DNA of 64,000 nt from Pelagomonas calceolata (taxonomy: Eukaryota), in contig CAKKNE010000002.1 of assembly GCA_918797485.1 (NCBI GenBank), positions 3,844,001-3,908,000 of the forward strand. Direction: 5' to 3'. Shown here in pieces: positions 9,111 through 19,582 of the stretch (position 1 is the first letter of the stretch; every line of letters begins with the position of its first letter). Under the pieces are notes generated by a model that saw only the letters and a list, made by a program, of their open reading frames with translations, was not told the DNA's origin and made no database searches. Both the position numbers and the translations under genes were made by a program.

Positions 9111-10616
9111 ATGATAAAAAGGCGGCGCTGGCTGCTGCTGGGCTGCGCCGCGCGCGGCGCGGCCCAGTTCGCCGACACGCGCGTCTTCGAGTTGGGTTCC
9201 TCATCCAAGACGAACATGCTCGCCGATGCGGTGGTGCGGGACGAGGCCGCGGGCTGCCTCGAGTCGCCCGGGATTAGTCGGAGGTACGGCGACCGCTGCG
9301 TCGCCCAGGAGGCCGACGCCGTGGAGACCTGTTTGAAACTCTCCAACTGCCTCGCGTTCACGTGTCTGCCTTCCGTATCCTTCCGGGACCTGCCGGACAA
9401 GATTGGGATCGACGACGAGGGCCTGCCGATCGGCGCGCAAGCGGCGACCATCAAACTCTGGGACGCCGCGAAGCGAGGCAACGCCGGCGAAGTATCATCC
9501 AGCTTAAAGCAGGGCGCCGACATTGACGCGAAGGACGCGCGGCAAGGGCGCACCGCGCTCATGTACGCCTGCGCCTCTGAATCGTTACCGACGGTGCGAG
9601 CGTTGTTGGAAGCTGGCGCCTCGACAAGACCGACGGACAAGAAGGGCCTGACGGCCTTGGACTTCGCGGTGAACAACTACGACCTGAACGGCGTCGGCTC
9701 CGCCCCGCCGAACACAAATAAAAGAATAAACCGCCAGCCGCGCCAGGACGCCGTGCGCCACGCCATCCGCAACGCTCTCGTAAAGCAGGCTACCGCCGAG
9801 CAGGCGGCCCAGGACTCCTTTGAGAAACCTACAGTTTATGGGTCCTCTGAAGAATTGGCCGCGTTGTCGCGGTCCGTGAATGCCGAGGATCCACAAATGA
9901 AACGGTCCGCCGCGCGGTCCGCCGCTTTGCTACACGACGGCATCGACGGGCGGCTCTGCGTGTTTCATAGTTCGCACGTCGAGTTGCAAGCGCGCGACGA
10001 GGGCCACGAGTTGTGTGATGCGAACGGTACTGAGGTGAAGGCAGTGCATCGCAACCGCCGGGCCACCCCGTCACGCGAATGCGACCGCTTCCTTTTTTCC
10101 ATCAAGACGGTGCGCGACGTCTTGGACCTGCGACGGCTGCCGGGCGTCGCCCAGCGCGCCATTTTGAACGCGGCGAAAGAGAAGCGCACCGCGCTGATCT
10201 ACGACGCTCCTTTAGGTGTTGTCGAGTGGCAGCGGCGGTTGAGGGACGTGGCCCGCGGGCAACTGCGGCACCCGATCACCGGCAAAAGTCGTCGATTAGC
10301 CGTGCTGGACGGGAGCGCCCTCCAGACCTGCGCGCCCCGCTGCCCCGCGAAGCCCCTCACGGACGCGCGCAAGACCTGGGCGCGGACGTCCTCCGTCTTC
10401 CGAGACGCGACGAAATCCTTTACCGTGGGCCACAAGGCCAACGAGACCGCCGCGTCGAGCGTCGCGGCGGGCGTCGCGGGCGTCGGCGACGCCGACTGGC
10501 TGGAGAACCTCGGAGGCAACATGGCCGACGAGCGCGCGCGGCCGTCGGCGGACTACGTGGCGAGCACGTTGGAGCTCGGCGACCCGCTCGTCGGGGCGTT
10601 CCCGTGGGAATCATAA
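9111..10616 (+). CDS. Ankyrin-repeat protein with predicted signal peptide
   Basis: MIKRRRWLLLGCAARGAA; GADIDAKDARQGRTALMYAC; KKGLTALDFA. Confidence 0.75.
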   Translation: MIKRRRWLLLGCAARGAAQFADTRVFELGSSSKTNMLADAVVRDEAAGCLESPGISRRYGDRCVAQEADAVETCLKLSNCLAFTCLPSVSFRDLPDKIGIDDEGLPIGAQAATIKLWDAAKRGNAGEVSSSLKQGADIDAKDARQGRTALMYACASESLPTVRALLEAGASTRPTDKKGLTALDFAVNNYDLNGVGSAPPNTNKRINRQPRQDAVRHAIRNALVKQATAEQAAQDSFEKPTVYGSSEELAALSRSVNAEDPQMKRSAARSAALLHDGIDGRLCVFHSSHVELQARDEGHELCDANGTEVKAVHRNRRATPSRECDRFLFSIKTVRDVLDLRRLPGVAQRAILNAAKEKRTALIYDAPLGVVEWQRRLRDVARGQLRHPITGKSRRLAVLDGSALQTCAPRCPAKPLTDARKTWARTSSVFRDATKSFTVGHKANETAASSVAAGVAGVGDADWLENLGGNMADERARPSADYVASTLELGDPLVGAFPWES

Positions 10617-10696
10617 TAGTTTTGTTTTAATCTCGCGCGTCGACGGCGTGCGGTCGACGGCCCGCTGCGCCGTGGGTTGTGTTCGTTGGGTATTTC

Positions 10697-10756
10697 TGTT
10701 ACGGTGCTAGGACTAGTGGGCGGAGTACCTGGAAGTGTCCCTGGGGGGAGACACGC
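10697..10756 (+). repeat. ~72-bp dispersed 3'-flank element copy
   Basis: tgttacggtgctaggactagtgggcggag...ccctggggggagacacgc, 80 bp after the stop at 10616. Confidence 0.9.
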
Positions 10757-10980
10757 TTCTTTAACAAAAGCTAGTGTCTTTGTTACGCTATAGGCGCGTG
10801 CTCAACCATAGCTTGTACGCACGCCTGCACCAGCGCACCGGCGCATCTCGACTCGCCGGACCGCGCAGGGCTTTGCTGGCCGACCGACCAGAGCCCCTGG
10901 AGGACAGGCAGGGCGCTCGCCCCTCGCCCGCCTTTGAATTGGGAGAGCCCTGTTGAGGAGCTCCAAACTGCTGAAGCAAG

Positions 10981-12249
10981 ATGGCCGCGCCCCCCAAGGA
11001 GTGCCCCTTCGCCAAGGCCGGAGAGCTCGTCGAGCTCGCCAAGGAGAAGTGCCCCGCCTTCCAGGAAGGGTGCCCCTTCTCCGAGACCAAAACGCCGGTC
11101 GAAATCAGGGCATCGCTCCAGAAGATGCCGCCGTCGCACACGTCCAAGAGCCACGCCGTCCACGCGGCCGTCGCGAGGACGCGCGCCAATTCACTAACGG
11201 ACCAGTCGGGCGACGACGTCCTGGTGGACGAGTGGCTCGGCTGGTGGGCGAGCCACACGGACGTCGACATCGAGAACCAAATTTCCAGTGATGACGGCCT
11301 CGCGTCGCGCTTGAAAAAGGGCACGGAGCAGGCTCATGAGGAGGCCGAGAACGTGGCCTTCGTCAAACTACTGCTCAAGGGCAAGGCCCCTCTGGAATCA
11401 TACGTGGCTTTGATAGCTGCGCTGAAGCCGATCTACGGTGCTCTTGAGAAAGCGGCGGATCGGGTATCCAGGACTTGCCCCGCGGTGGCGCGAGTCTGCG
11501 ACGACACCCTACCACAATTGAGGAGATACGAATCGCTCGAGGCGGACCTGGCCTACTATCGGAGAAGGTGCCCCGACGTAACAAAACGGGCCGAGGCCTT
11601 TGCAAGGCGGTCGAAAGCCACGAACGAGTACGTGTCTTCTCTAGATAGCTGGCCTGCAACTGGCCCGAAGGCCGAAGCCTTGGTGGCCCATTTGTACACG
11701 AGGTACCTCGGCGACCTGTCGGGAGGCCAGATTTTGCGACGGGCCGCCGTCCGGGCCTACGGCCTCACGCCGCCGGGCGGCACGACGCTCGACGCGGTCG
11801 ACGGCGTGCGGTTCTACGACTTTAGGCTCATCGGCAAGCCGACGAAGTTGCGACGCTTCAAGGACGAGTACCGGAGGCGGTTGGACGACCTGCGCGTGGC
11901 CGATGGTGATCTGGTCGTGGCCGAGGCCGTCGCGGCCTTTAGAAGGAACACGCAGCTCCTCAAGGAATTAGATTTTGTGGTCCTGGGCGCCACCGAGGCG
12001 GCGGCGCGCCACGCGCGGCCCACGAAGCCGAAACAGCAGGGCCAGTGCCCCTTCCTCGCCAAGGAAGACATCGCGGCGCTGCCCTTCAAGGAGTGCCCCG
12101 TCACGGGCGAGAGCGTGAGCGCGTCCCGGGCGTCGCCGCGGCGGCGTTTTAACGCCGCGGATATCGCGGTGGTGGCGTTTTTTGCGTTGGGAATGGTATT
12201 CCTGATCCACCGCGCGACGCCGCCCAGCGTGCTGCTGCCCGGGCCCTGA
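10981..12249 (+). CDS. HMOX: Heme oxygenase with multiple CP motifs and C-terminal membrane anchor
   Basis: LKKGTEQAHEEAEN (proximal His), AHLYTRYLGDLSGGQIL signature, C-terminal hydrophobic helix. Confidence 0.92.
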   Translation: MAAPPKECPFAKAGELVELAKEKCPAFQEGCPFSETKTPVEIRASLQKMPPSHTSKSHAVHAAVARTRANSLTDQSGDDVLVDEWLGWWASHTDVDIENQISSDDGLASRLKKGTEQAHEEAENVAFVKLLLKGKAPLESYVALIAALKPIYGALEKAADRVSRTCPAVARVCDDTLPQLRRYESLEADLAYYRRRCPDVTKRAEAFARRSKATNEYVSSLDSWPATGPKAEALVAHLYTRYLGDLSGGQILRRAAVRAYGLTPPGGTTLDAVDGVRFYDFRLIGKPTKLRRFKDEYRRRLDDLRVADGDLVVAEAVAAFRRNTQLLKELDFVVLGATEAAARHARPTKPKQQGQCPFLAKEDIAALPFKECPVTGESVSASRASPRRRFNAADIAVVAFFALGMVFLIHRATPPSVLLPGP

Positions 12250-12375
12250 TTGATAAGCTTCCTTTGTTTGTACTTCACTTACAACTACTACCAGCGACAG
12301 GGAGGGGGTGGGGGGTCGCGCCATCGAAGATGTGGTTGCCACAACTACCGGCGGAGGAGAGGGGGCGACTGCGGT

Positions 12376-13340
12376 TCAGTAGAAGCCGAGGTGCGCCCAG
12401 AACGTGAGCACGAGGCGCACAATTTCTTCGGGTAGGCCCGGGAACTTGGGGACGAACACCTTGGCCAGCGCCGCGAGGTGGAGGGACTCGTAGGCCGCGA
12501 AGCTCCCGAGCTCCATGACCTTCTGCAGGTAGACGAACTCGCTCTCCTTCGGTAACGACGCGCCGGCCCTCAGTAGGTACGGGAGGACGCGGCGGCACCG
12601 CGTGCGGTGCGCGCGGGCCGTGATCTTGGGCCTGCGTGCGATTGAGTCGTGAGTCGTGAGTCGCGTCAATGACGTGAGGCGCCGGTAGGATGCGGGCAGT
12701 TCGCTAAATCGAGGGCCGTGCCGTAGCGACCTCTAAAGTTGGCGTCGGCGCCCGCGCGGAGGAGGGCGTGGACCGTGGCGGCGTGGCCGTGCTGCGCCGC
12801 CGCGTGGAGGGGCGTGCGCCCGCCGCCCGTGGACTGGTTCGGGTCGGCTCCATAAATAATGAGCAGCTCGACGAGGCGCGCGCCGGCTCTACGGCACGCG
12901 GCGGCGCAGTGGATAGGCCCCAACCCATAGACGTTGGCGGCCTTCGCCGACGCGCCGGCCCGGAGCAGCGCCGTCGCGCACGCGACCTGGGCGTCCGCGT
13001 GCCCCTCGTCGTTGCTCAGCGCGGCCGTGAAGTTCGACTCCTCGCAGCACGCGAAGAAGAGCGGCGTGCGGCCACCGGGCTCGTCGAGGGCGTCGGGGTT
13101 CACGCCCTTCGAGATGAGCTCCTGGATCTGGTCGACGTCCCAGTACCGCGCGGCCTCGTGGATCGGGAGCCTGCGAGGCATCGGTGAGTGCCTCGGCGAG
13201 CGAAGCATGTCGACAAACGCCGGATCGGACAAGGCGGACGGCGCCGAGGCGACGAAGAGCGTGTCCTGCACCCAGACGCGGCGAGCGTCCCGTTCCTGGA
13301 GCCACACCCGCAGCGTCGCGCGGCGACTGATGTGGGCCAT
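12376..13340 (-). CDS. Ankyrin-repeat protein with short LPxEI-containing C-terminal domain; probable intron 12632-12693
   Basis: Ankyrin repeats (GRTPLFFAC, GRTPLHAAAQHGH); second ORF 12376-12669 joins in frame via a weak GC donor and CGCACGCAG acceptor. Confidence 0.7.
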
Positions 13341-13933
13341 CTTGTTGTTTGTGCTCGCGAGAGTAATGGCCTTGGACGGCTAATCGACGGCGTCTTACTT
13401 CGATGCTGCGATGCTCAAAAGTAGTTCGACGGCGATTGCGGTGCACCAAACCTCTCTGCAGGCTTGGTGCTCCTGCTTTGTTTCGAGACGCGTACGCAAG
13501 CGTTGCATCTACAGGGCTGGGAAATGGGTGCGAGGGTAGCTCGTAGACTGTGTGTCTGGTATCGAACGTCGCGAACGTCGTAGTTTAGGGTGCAGCAACC
13601 GCATTGAGAGCCTGTGCCTGAAGAGGCTGGTTTATTTTTTTTTGCCGCACGTGTCGCAATCAACCCTGCAATAAGCAAAAAGATAAGTGAATTACTCTCG
13701 AAACGACCGGACGGCGCCGGCGCACAACGTACGGGTTCACACTCCACACACAAATAAATAGATAAATAAAATTTGCTTTGCACAGCTAGGCTGCCTAGCC
13801 ACCAGCCGCCGCGGGGGCTGCATTATTACCGAGGCAGCTCACCAAAAAAGGCTGCCCTTTACACGCCATCGATGCGTCGATGCAAGTATTCATAGAAACA
13901 AATGGGATGGCAGCCGAGTGAGCGCCATCATCG

Positions 13934-14998
13934 ATGCGGCTGATGCGAGCGTTCCTCACGATCACGCTGGTGACGACGAGCGCGGCGGCCCGCGGCCGCG
14001 AAATCTACCGCAACGTCACGAGCAAGCGCGAGCGCTGCTTCGAGAATAGTAAGACGGGCCGGCCCGCGCAGCGCCGCCTGGGCTTCTGGACCTGGGGCAA
14101 GAAGAAGCAAAAGGCCGACGCCTATGAAAAGGAAGGGCGGCGCCGGGACGCGCTGCCGGCGTGCGGCACCGAGCTGGACGTACCCCGTAGACCACCGTTA
14201 CTCTGGTGCGAAGCGCATCGCCTGCGCTTCCCGAAGCGGTGCGGCCATACTGTGCTCTGCGTGCCGCAGAAGAACGGCAACCGCGACTTTAGTTTGCTGA
14301 TCTATGCGATGACCTACGGCGCGATCCCGCAGCAGGAGATGGCCATGGACACGAAACTGAAGCACGCGGGCCTGTCCATGACGACCGTCTCCACCAGAGA
14401 TACGGTGTACGTCGTCAGCCGGAACCCCTACACGCGCTTGCTCTCGTTGTACCTGGATAAGGTCCTGCGGTGCTTCGGCGTCGGGGCGAATACCGGACGG
14501 AAGCGGCGGGTCAATTGTGATCATGATTTATTGAGCCAGTCGGGCGCCTTCCCCGACGAGATCGCGGACGTCGAACGTAAGCCAAAGAACGCGCCGTCGT
14601 TCGCCAAGTTCGTCACGCTCGTCGAGGAGGCCACGGAGCGGTACGACCTCTGCCAGGTCGACCACCACCTCTGCCTCCAGAGCCAGGGCTGCCTGCTGAA
14701 CGGCGCGCGGCGGCTGCGCTTACTCCGCCTGGAGCATATGCAGAGCTGGTTCCCCTGCTTGAACCGGACGCTGGGCCTCACGTTCCTCGAGGACGACGGC
14801 TGGCGGCGCTGGAAGCGGCAGCCCTGCTTCTACGGCGACTGCGGCGGCGCGGAAGCCTCGAACGTCGGCGCGGTGCACCCGACGGGCGCGAGCGACCGCG
14901 TCGGCGAGTTCTACGACGACAAGACGGCGGCGGCGGCCCTTCGATTATACCGGGAGGACTTCGAGATCCTCGGGTACCCGACGGCGTTACCTAGTTAG
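13934..14998 (+). CDS. Carbohydrate sulfotransferase (Sulfotransfer_2/CHST-like), secretory
   Basis: N-terminal hydrophobic segment; CVPQKNG (5'-PSB-like), VSRNPYTRLLSLY (3'-PB), LYREDFEILGY. Confidence 0.8.
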   Translation: MRLMRAFLTITLVTTSAAARGREIYRNVTSKRERCFENSKTGRPAQRRLGFWTWGKKKQKADAYEKEGRRRDALPACGTELDVPRRPPLLWCEAHRLRFPKRCGHTVLCVPQKNGNRDFSLLIYAMTYGAIPQQEMAMDTKLKHAGLSMTTVSTRDTVYVVSRNPYTRLLSLYLDKVLRCFGVGANTGRKRRVNCDHDLLSQSGAFPDEIADVERKPKNAPSFAKFVTLVEEATERYDLCQVDHHLCLQSQGCLLNGARRLRLLRLEHMQSWFPCLNRTLGLTFLEDDGWRRWKRQPCFYGDCGGAEASNVGAVHPTGASDRVGEFYDDKTAAAALRLYREDFEILGYPTALPS

Positions 14999-15008
14999 TG
15001 TACTTCTG

Positions 15009-15791
15009 TTATTCTTCCTCTTCGTCAAAGTCGCCGTACGTTCGACAGAGATACGCGACGATGTCCGCGCTCTCGGCGAGCGCCTCGCCCGTGTTCGGAT
15101 CCACCAGATACGGGCACTGCGACGAGCCCGCCAGCTTCGCCAGCACGTCCCGTCGCGGGCTGTCCTTCCCCGCGGAGTAGAGCCGGTACGGCAGATCGAG
15201 CTCGCAGAGGACCTCGCGCACCAGGCGGCAGAACTGGTTGCCCTCGTACGAGTAGAGCTCGAGGAGCTTCCGCGGCGGCTTAGCCAGCGCGCCCGCGGAC
15301 ACGGCGTCGCCGCGGCCCGGCCGGAACGCCGTCGCCGCCGCGGACGCGAGCACGCCGCCCTTCGGCGGGGTGAGCGTCGTCCCGCGCTTCTCCGCGAGGT
15401 AATCGACGATGTCCGCGCTCTCGTACAGGACAGTGTCCCCATCCACTAACAGGGGAAACTGCTCCTTGCCGCCGACCTTCCGCGCCTCGGCCCTATGCCT
15501 CGACCCGCGGCCGCACGGCTTCACGTCCACGACGAGGTCGAGCGCCGTGACCGCCTCGCGGACGAAGCGGCAGTAGGGGCAGGCCTCGAACTCGTAGAGC
15601 ACGGGCGGCGTCTTGAACGCCGGGTACGCGGCCAGCCCCTCGACGACGGTCGTGCTCTTGCCCGCTGCCACGGGCATTCTCGCCATCGACGCGAGACCGC
15701 TGGCGGCGACGTCTGCAGCCTTGACGACGGGTGGCGCCAGGGCGGCGGCGTGGTTTTGGAGCAGTAGCAGCAGCGCTGCGACGCGTCTCAT
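15009..15791 (-). CDS. Tandem glutaredoxin/GST N-terminal domain protein, probably plastid-targeted
   Basis: LYEFEACPYCRFVRE and LYSYEGNQFCRLVRE; two ESADIV motifs; signal peptide. Confidence 0.85.
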   Translation of the reverse strand: MRRVAALLLLLQNHAAALAPPVVKAADVAASGLASMARMPVAAGKSTTVVEGLAAYPAFKTPPVLYEFEACPYCRFVREAVTALDLVVDVKPCGRGSRHRAEARKVGGKEQFPLLVDGDTVLYESADIVDYLAEKRGTTLTPPKGGVLASAAATAFRPGRGDAVSAGALAKPPRKLLELYSYEGNQFCRLVREVLCELDLPYRLYSAGKDSPRRDVLAKLAGSSQCPYLVDPNTGEALAESADIVAYLCRTYGDFDEEEE

Positions 15792-16029
15792 TGCTTGGGA
15801 GAGCTTAGTGGTTGCTGACGCTCTCTGCTGGACTTGGCACTATTGCCGCTGCAAGCGCTCGAGCCCTGCGGAACCTGCAGAGCCGCGACGATGCAGCAGT
15901 GGGCAAGGAATTGGGCAAACCTGTACAAATCTCGTACAAAATCGGGGGAAACCCGTTCGTAATAGCCGAGCTCGCCCCGACGCCGCCGCCGCATTCTTCT
16001 GAAACTTTTACGCCCCCAAGGGAAAGTAT

Positions 16030-17067
16030 CTACTCGTCCCCGTCGTCCCCCAATAATGCTTCCATCATCGCGTCCGCCTCCTCGGCCTCGGCGTCCGGGT
16101 CGTAGTCCGGGTCCTGCTCGCCCTGCAGATTCTTGCGGTGCATCTCTTGTATTTTTTCGGCCTCTTCTTCCTCTTGCCTAGATTTGATCTCCTCGGCCGC
16201 CAATTCGGCCCACGACGGTCTTTTCACGAGATCAATATCGTCCTTCGACTGCTGACTAAAATCCGTGAGTAACTTCCCATCGTAGAGATCATCGATGAAC
16301 TCCTTCTGCGCTTCGACGAACAAATCGAAATCGGTGGGTTGATTATAAGCCCACGCGAAAAACGCGACCGTGCCCATGAACAGCGCCGCCCGGTAGTATC
16401 TCTGACCCTTCGCGCCGGGGTCGAAGGAGTAGCCCGGCTTGAAGGACTCCGCAAATGTGAGGGACTCGTCGAACAAATTCGGCAGGATCCAGAATTCATA
16501 CCCCAAAACCCAAAAGTTCATAAATAGTAACATCCGTAGCGTGCAGAAGATGCTCATGAAGATCAAGAACGTAACACTGAGGTACCAGAGATAAACTTTG
16601 AGGAAGTGGGGCCAGATCGGGAAGCACGTGCAGACGAGCATGCCTACGATGAGCAGCCCCGTCATGAAATTACTAAAGCCCTTCGAGCCCTCGTAGTCCC
16701 AGACATAGTAGTCCCGCGGCTCCCAGGTTTGTTTGGGTTCCCATTCTAATTGCCCTTTGCCTACTCGCGTCGCTCGGTGGATGTAGCCCGCGGCCATCAT
16801 GCTTGTCACAACGTTTCTCGCCTCCTCCGTGTCCTTGGCGGTAAACGGCCGGCCCTTCTGCTTCTTCTTCTTCTTGCCATTATCGTCGTCGTCCAAGTCT
16901 CCCAGTAAGAATATGGTGAGCTTCTCGCCCCTGAAATACTCGACCCTCCGATCCGTGTCGTGCGCGTTCCTCAATCTCTCGATGCCGCTCCGCACCGGGA
17001 AGCCGTTTCTACAAAACTTGGCGATCTCCTCGAGTCCTTCGTCCGTGTCCCAGTCGGCCTGGGGCAT
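16030..17067 (-). CDS. SEC62: Translocon subunit Sec62
   Basis: RVEYFRG, YYVWDYEG, CFPIWP..LKVYLWYLSV, FWILPNLFDE.LTFAESFKP. Confidence 0.92.
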   Translation of the reverse strand: MPQADWDTDEGLEEIAKFCRNGFPVRSGIERLRNAHDTDRRVEYFRGEKLTIFLLGDLDDDDNGKKKKKQKGRPFTAKDTEEARNVVTSMMAAGYIHRATRVGKGQLEWEPKQTWEPRDYYVWDYEGSKGFSNFMTGLLIVGMLVCTCFPIWPHFLKVYLWYLSVTFLIFMSIFCTLRMLLFMNFWVLGYEFWILPNLFDESLTFAESFKPGYSFDPGAKGQRYYRAALFMGTVAFFAWAYNQPTDFDLFVEAQKEFIDDLYDGKLLTDFSQQSKDDIDLVKRPSWAELAAEEIKSRQEEEEAEKIQEMHRKNLQGEQDPDYDPDAEAEEADAMMEALLGDDGDE

Positions 17068-17111
17068 GGTTGTCTTTGTGGCGCTAGCGGTCACGCGCGT
17101 GGCTCGTCGCT

Positions 17112-17236
17112 GCGTAGCTATCGGTGATGCGCGGCGGCGGTGCGGTACGCGTAGCTATCGCTGATGCGCGGCGGCGGCGCGGTGCGGCTGCGGCGTAGCT
17201 GTCGGTGATGCGCGGCGACGGCGCGGTGCGGCTGGC
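17112..17236. repeat. Imperfect tandem repeat, 3 x 37-44 bp
   Basis: gcgtagct(a/g)tcg(g/c)tgatgcgcggcg... starting at 17112, 17149 and 17193. Confidence 0.85.
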
Positions 17237-17419
17237 GCGGCGCCGGGTTACGGCTGGCTGTGGCGAAGGTTCCTCTACGTGGCTGGCGCGGCGCGTCGGC
17301 CTCGGTGGCGCACGCGGCGGATCGCTGCGCTGCTTGGCCGCGTTTACGGCGGCTGAGTCCGTGACTTGGTGACTCGCTGGCTTACGGAGCCTCTCCAAAG
17401 CAAGGTCAACCTCGAGGTG

Positions 17420-17443
17420 GCTAGCGTCCTGTAAGACACTAGA
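17420..17443 (-). promoter_or_regulatory. 24-bp intergenic motif copy
   Basis: Minus strand tctagtgtcttacaggacgctagc. Confidence 0.75.
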
Positions 17444-17642
17444 AAGCTTCGTCCCTCGTAGAATCAATCCTACGGCGGGCAAAAGGGTCACTTGTTCGCC
17501 AGGTGCCGTCAGCAGAGACGGTCGGCACCAGACGCGCCGCCGCGTGGGCCGCGTCGTGTTCCAACCAACGCCGTCGACCAGCGCCGCCATTCCCAAGGGG
17601 ACGCATCCCAAACAGTCCCCAAGAAGGAGAAGAAACAATAAG

Positions 17643-18017
17643 TTAAACACTCGCCTTGCCGCTCTTCGGCGGCGGCAGCTTGTCCTGCAGCGCCGCCTCG
17701 TGCAGGTCCGCCTCGTGGAGCTCGTGCTCGGGGTCCAGACTAATCGTCAGCTCATCGTGCGGCGCCACGGCGTTCGCCACGGGCGTCTCGAGGTTGATGA
17801 TCGTCCGATCTCTATCGATCATGATCCGGCACTTCGTCGCATCGACCGGGTCGTCGGGGTAGTTCTCGTTGAACTTCTTGACGTAGTACTTCAGGATTTT
17901 GGCGGCGGGCTTCGCGGCCCAGGACGCCGGTAGACTCATCTTCACGACGAAGACGCGCTTGTCCTCGTTATACCGGTCCTCGTCGAACTTGATCGTTACG
18001 GGGATGGGCTCGCCCAT
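17643..18017 (-). CDS. Small hypothetical protein, possibly ubiquitin-like fold
   Basis: 124-aa ORF with strong GC3 coding bias and a beta-grasp-like pattern. Confidence 0.6.
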   Translation of the reverse strand: MGEPIPVTIKFDEDRYNEDKRVFVVKMSLPASWAAKPAAKILKYYVKKFNENYPDDPVDATKCRIMIDRDRTIINLETPVANAVAPHDELTISLDPEHELHEADLHEAALQDKLPPPKSGKASV

Positions 18018-18368
18018 GGTCGCGCGCGCCCAGGTGCTCCTTTGTTGATTGGTTCCGATGGTTGCTTTTTTAATCCGCTGCTGCGGCTGGCTTTGATGGG
18101 TGTGCAGGGGCTCTCACGCGCTCGTGCGTTGCGCAGCGGTCTCAAACTCTTGCAAAACAGCGACAGTGGATGGCGTGAGCTTTGCTGCAAATGCTCGTTC
18201 GAAAAACGTCCCTAACTTATACGACCGCTGAGCAGTGGAAATCGCAGGGCTAGCGCAGATGCCCACTAGTCCGATAATCTCCAGCCGCGGGAATGGGGCA
18301 ACAGGACGCACCACAAGAAGCACTCGATAATAAAAAACCGCTCTAAATTACCACAAGAAAAACAGCTA

Positions 18369-19325
18369 CTACGACTCGCGCCCCTCGAGCACCGCCAGGG
18401 AGTCCGCGACGCCCTCGGCCTCGCACGCCGCCGCGCGCGCCGCGTCGCCCAGGAACCGCTTCGCCGCGGCGGCGCACTGCTCCGCGCGCTTGGGCGGCCC
18501 GGCGCGGGCGACGGCGCGCGCGCAGTGCTCGCGGAGCTGGCGCCGCGCCGCGTCGGCCGCGACGTCGTCCGCGAACAGCGGCGGCGCCTCGAGGTGGCGC
18601 GTCGCCGCGTTGATCGCCGACCCGAGGTGCGTCTTGCGGCCCGGGTCGTCGGCGAGCAAGGCTTGGAGCGCGAAGGCCGCCTTTGCCGCGAGGCGCGCGC
18701 CGTCCTTCGTGGCCGAGCGCAGGAGCGCGTACTTGAGCACCTCGCAGGCGTCTTTTTCTACGTAGCGCTTCTCCATGGGCGCGTTGCGCGTCGTCGCGCA
18801 GAGCGCGTGCAGCGCGCGCCGGCCCCAGCCGTCGTCCTCCCTGGCCGCGCTCCGCCGCCACGCCCCGAGCAGCGCGTCCACGGCCTGTTGGCCCGCGCCG
18901 TTCTGCACCTCGGCGTCGTTCGCGGTGGCCACGGCGACGACGCCGCACGCCGCCGCCGAGACGGCCGCGTCGTCCGCGTCGACCGCTTTCAGGACGAGGC
19001 CCAGCATCCCCACCTTCAGCAGGTCGCGCGCCGCGTCGAGGTCCTGGGCGTCGTCCTCGAGCTGCTCCAGCGCATCCACACACGCGTCCGCGTCGCCCGC
19101 GCCGTCCACATATTTCTGCACGGCTTCAAAGATCGCGCGCTGGCGCTCGGCGCCGTCCTCGCCCATCGCTTTTAAGGCACCTTCCAGAAACTTGCGCTTT
19201 TCCTCGCTCATGGGCCCCTGCGGCGACGCACTCGTGCCGTCGGAGCCCTGCGCCAGGCTCCAGCGCAACAAGCTCGACCACATTGGGTAGTCGGGGTGGG
19301 CCGCGGCGGCGCCGAGCTCGCTCAT
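18369..19325 (-). CDS. Hsp70 nucleotide exchange factor, Fes1/HSPBP1-like
   Basis: WSSLLRWSLAQGSDGT...MSEEKRKFLEGAL; ALEQLEDDAQDLDAARDLLKVG; ARM-like remainder. Confidence 0.8.
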   Translation of the reverse strand: MSELGAAAAHPDYPMWSSLLRWSLAQGSDGTSASPQGPMSEEKRKFLEGALKAMGEDGAERQRAIFEAVQKYVDGAGDADACVDALEQLEDDAQDLDAARDLLKVGMLGLVLKAVDADDAAVSAAACGVVAVATANDAEVQNGAGQQAVDALLGAWRRSAAREDDGWGRRALHALCATTRNAPMEKRYVEKDACEVLKYALLRSATKDGARLAAKAAFALQALLADDPGRKTHLGSAINAATRHLEAPPLFADDVAADAARRQLREHCARAVARAGPPKRAEQCAAAAKRFLGDAARAAACEAEGVADSLAVLEGRES

Positions 19326-19582
19326 GGTGCAGTCCTGCGGCTGTGAGTGCACTGCTGCGGCTGTATATAATAAGAAGTCGAGGCATACTAGTATGTTACA
19401 ACGCTAACACAATTGTCTCCCCTCAACTGGGGAGCTGCTGAAAGCTGCGGGAGCTGGGCAAGGGCATCGACCAGGGGTTGGGTTTCGTTGGATCTCAGCA
19501 CTCACGCACTCACAGCCAAATCTCCAGCCAGGCCGGCCCACAGACACCCCTTGTCTACAGCTGTGAGAGGACGCTGTCAAAG

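Noticed and set aside
18249..18272. gctagcgcagatgcccactagtcc as a motif or element copy
   Set aside because: Shares only CTAG ends and cccactagtcc; too degenerate to count
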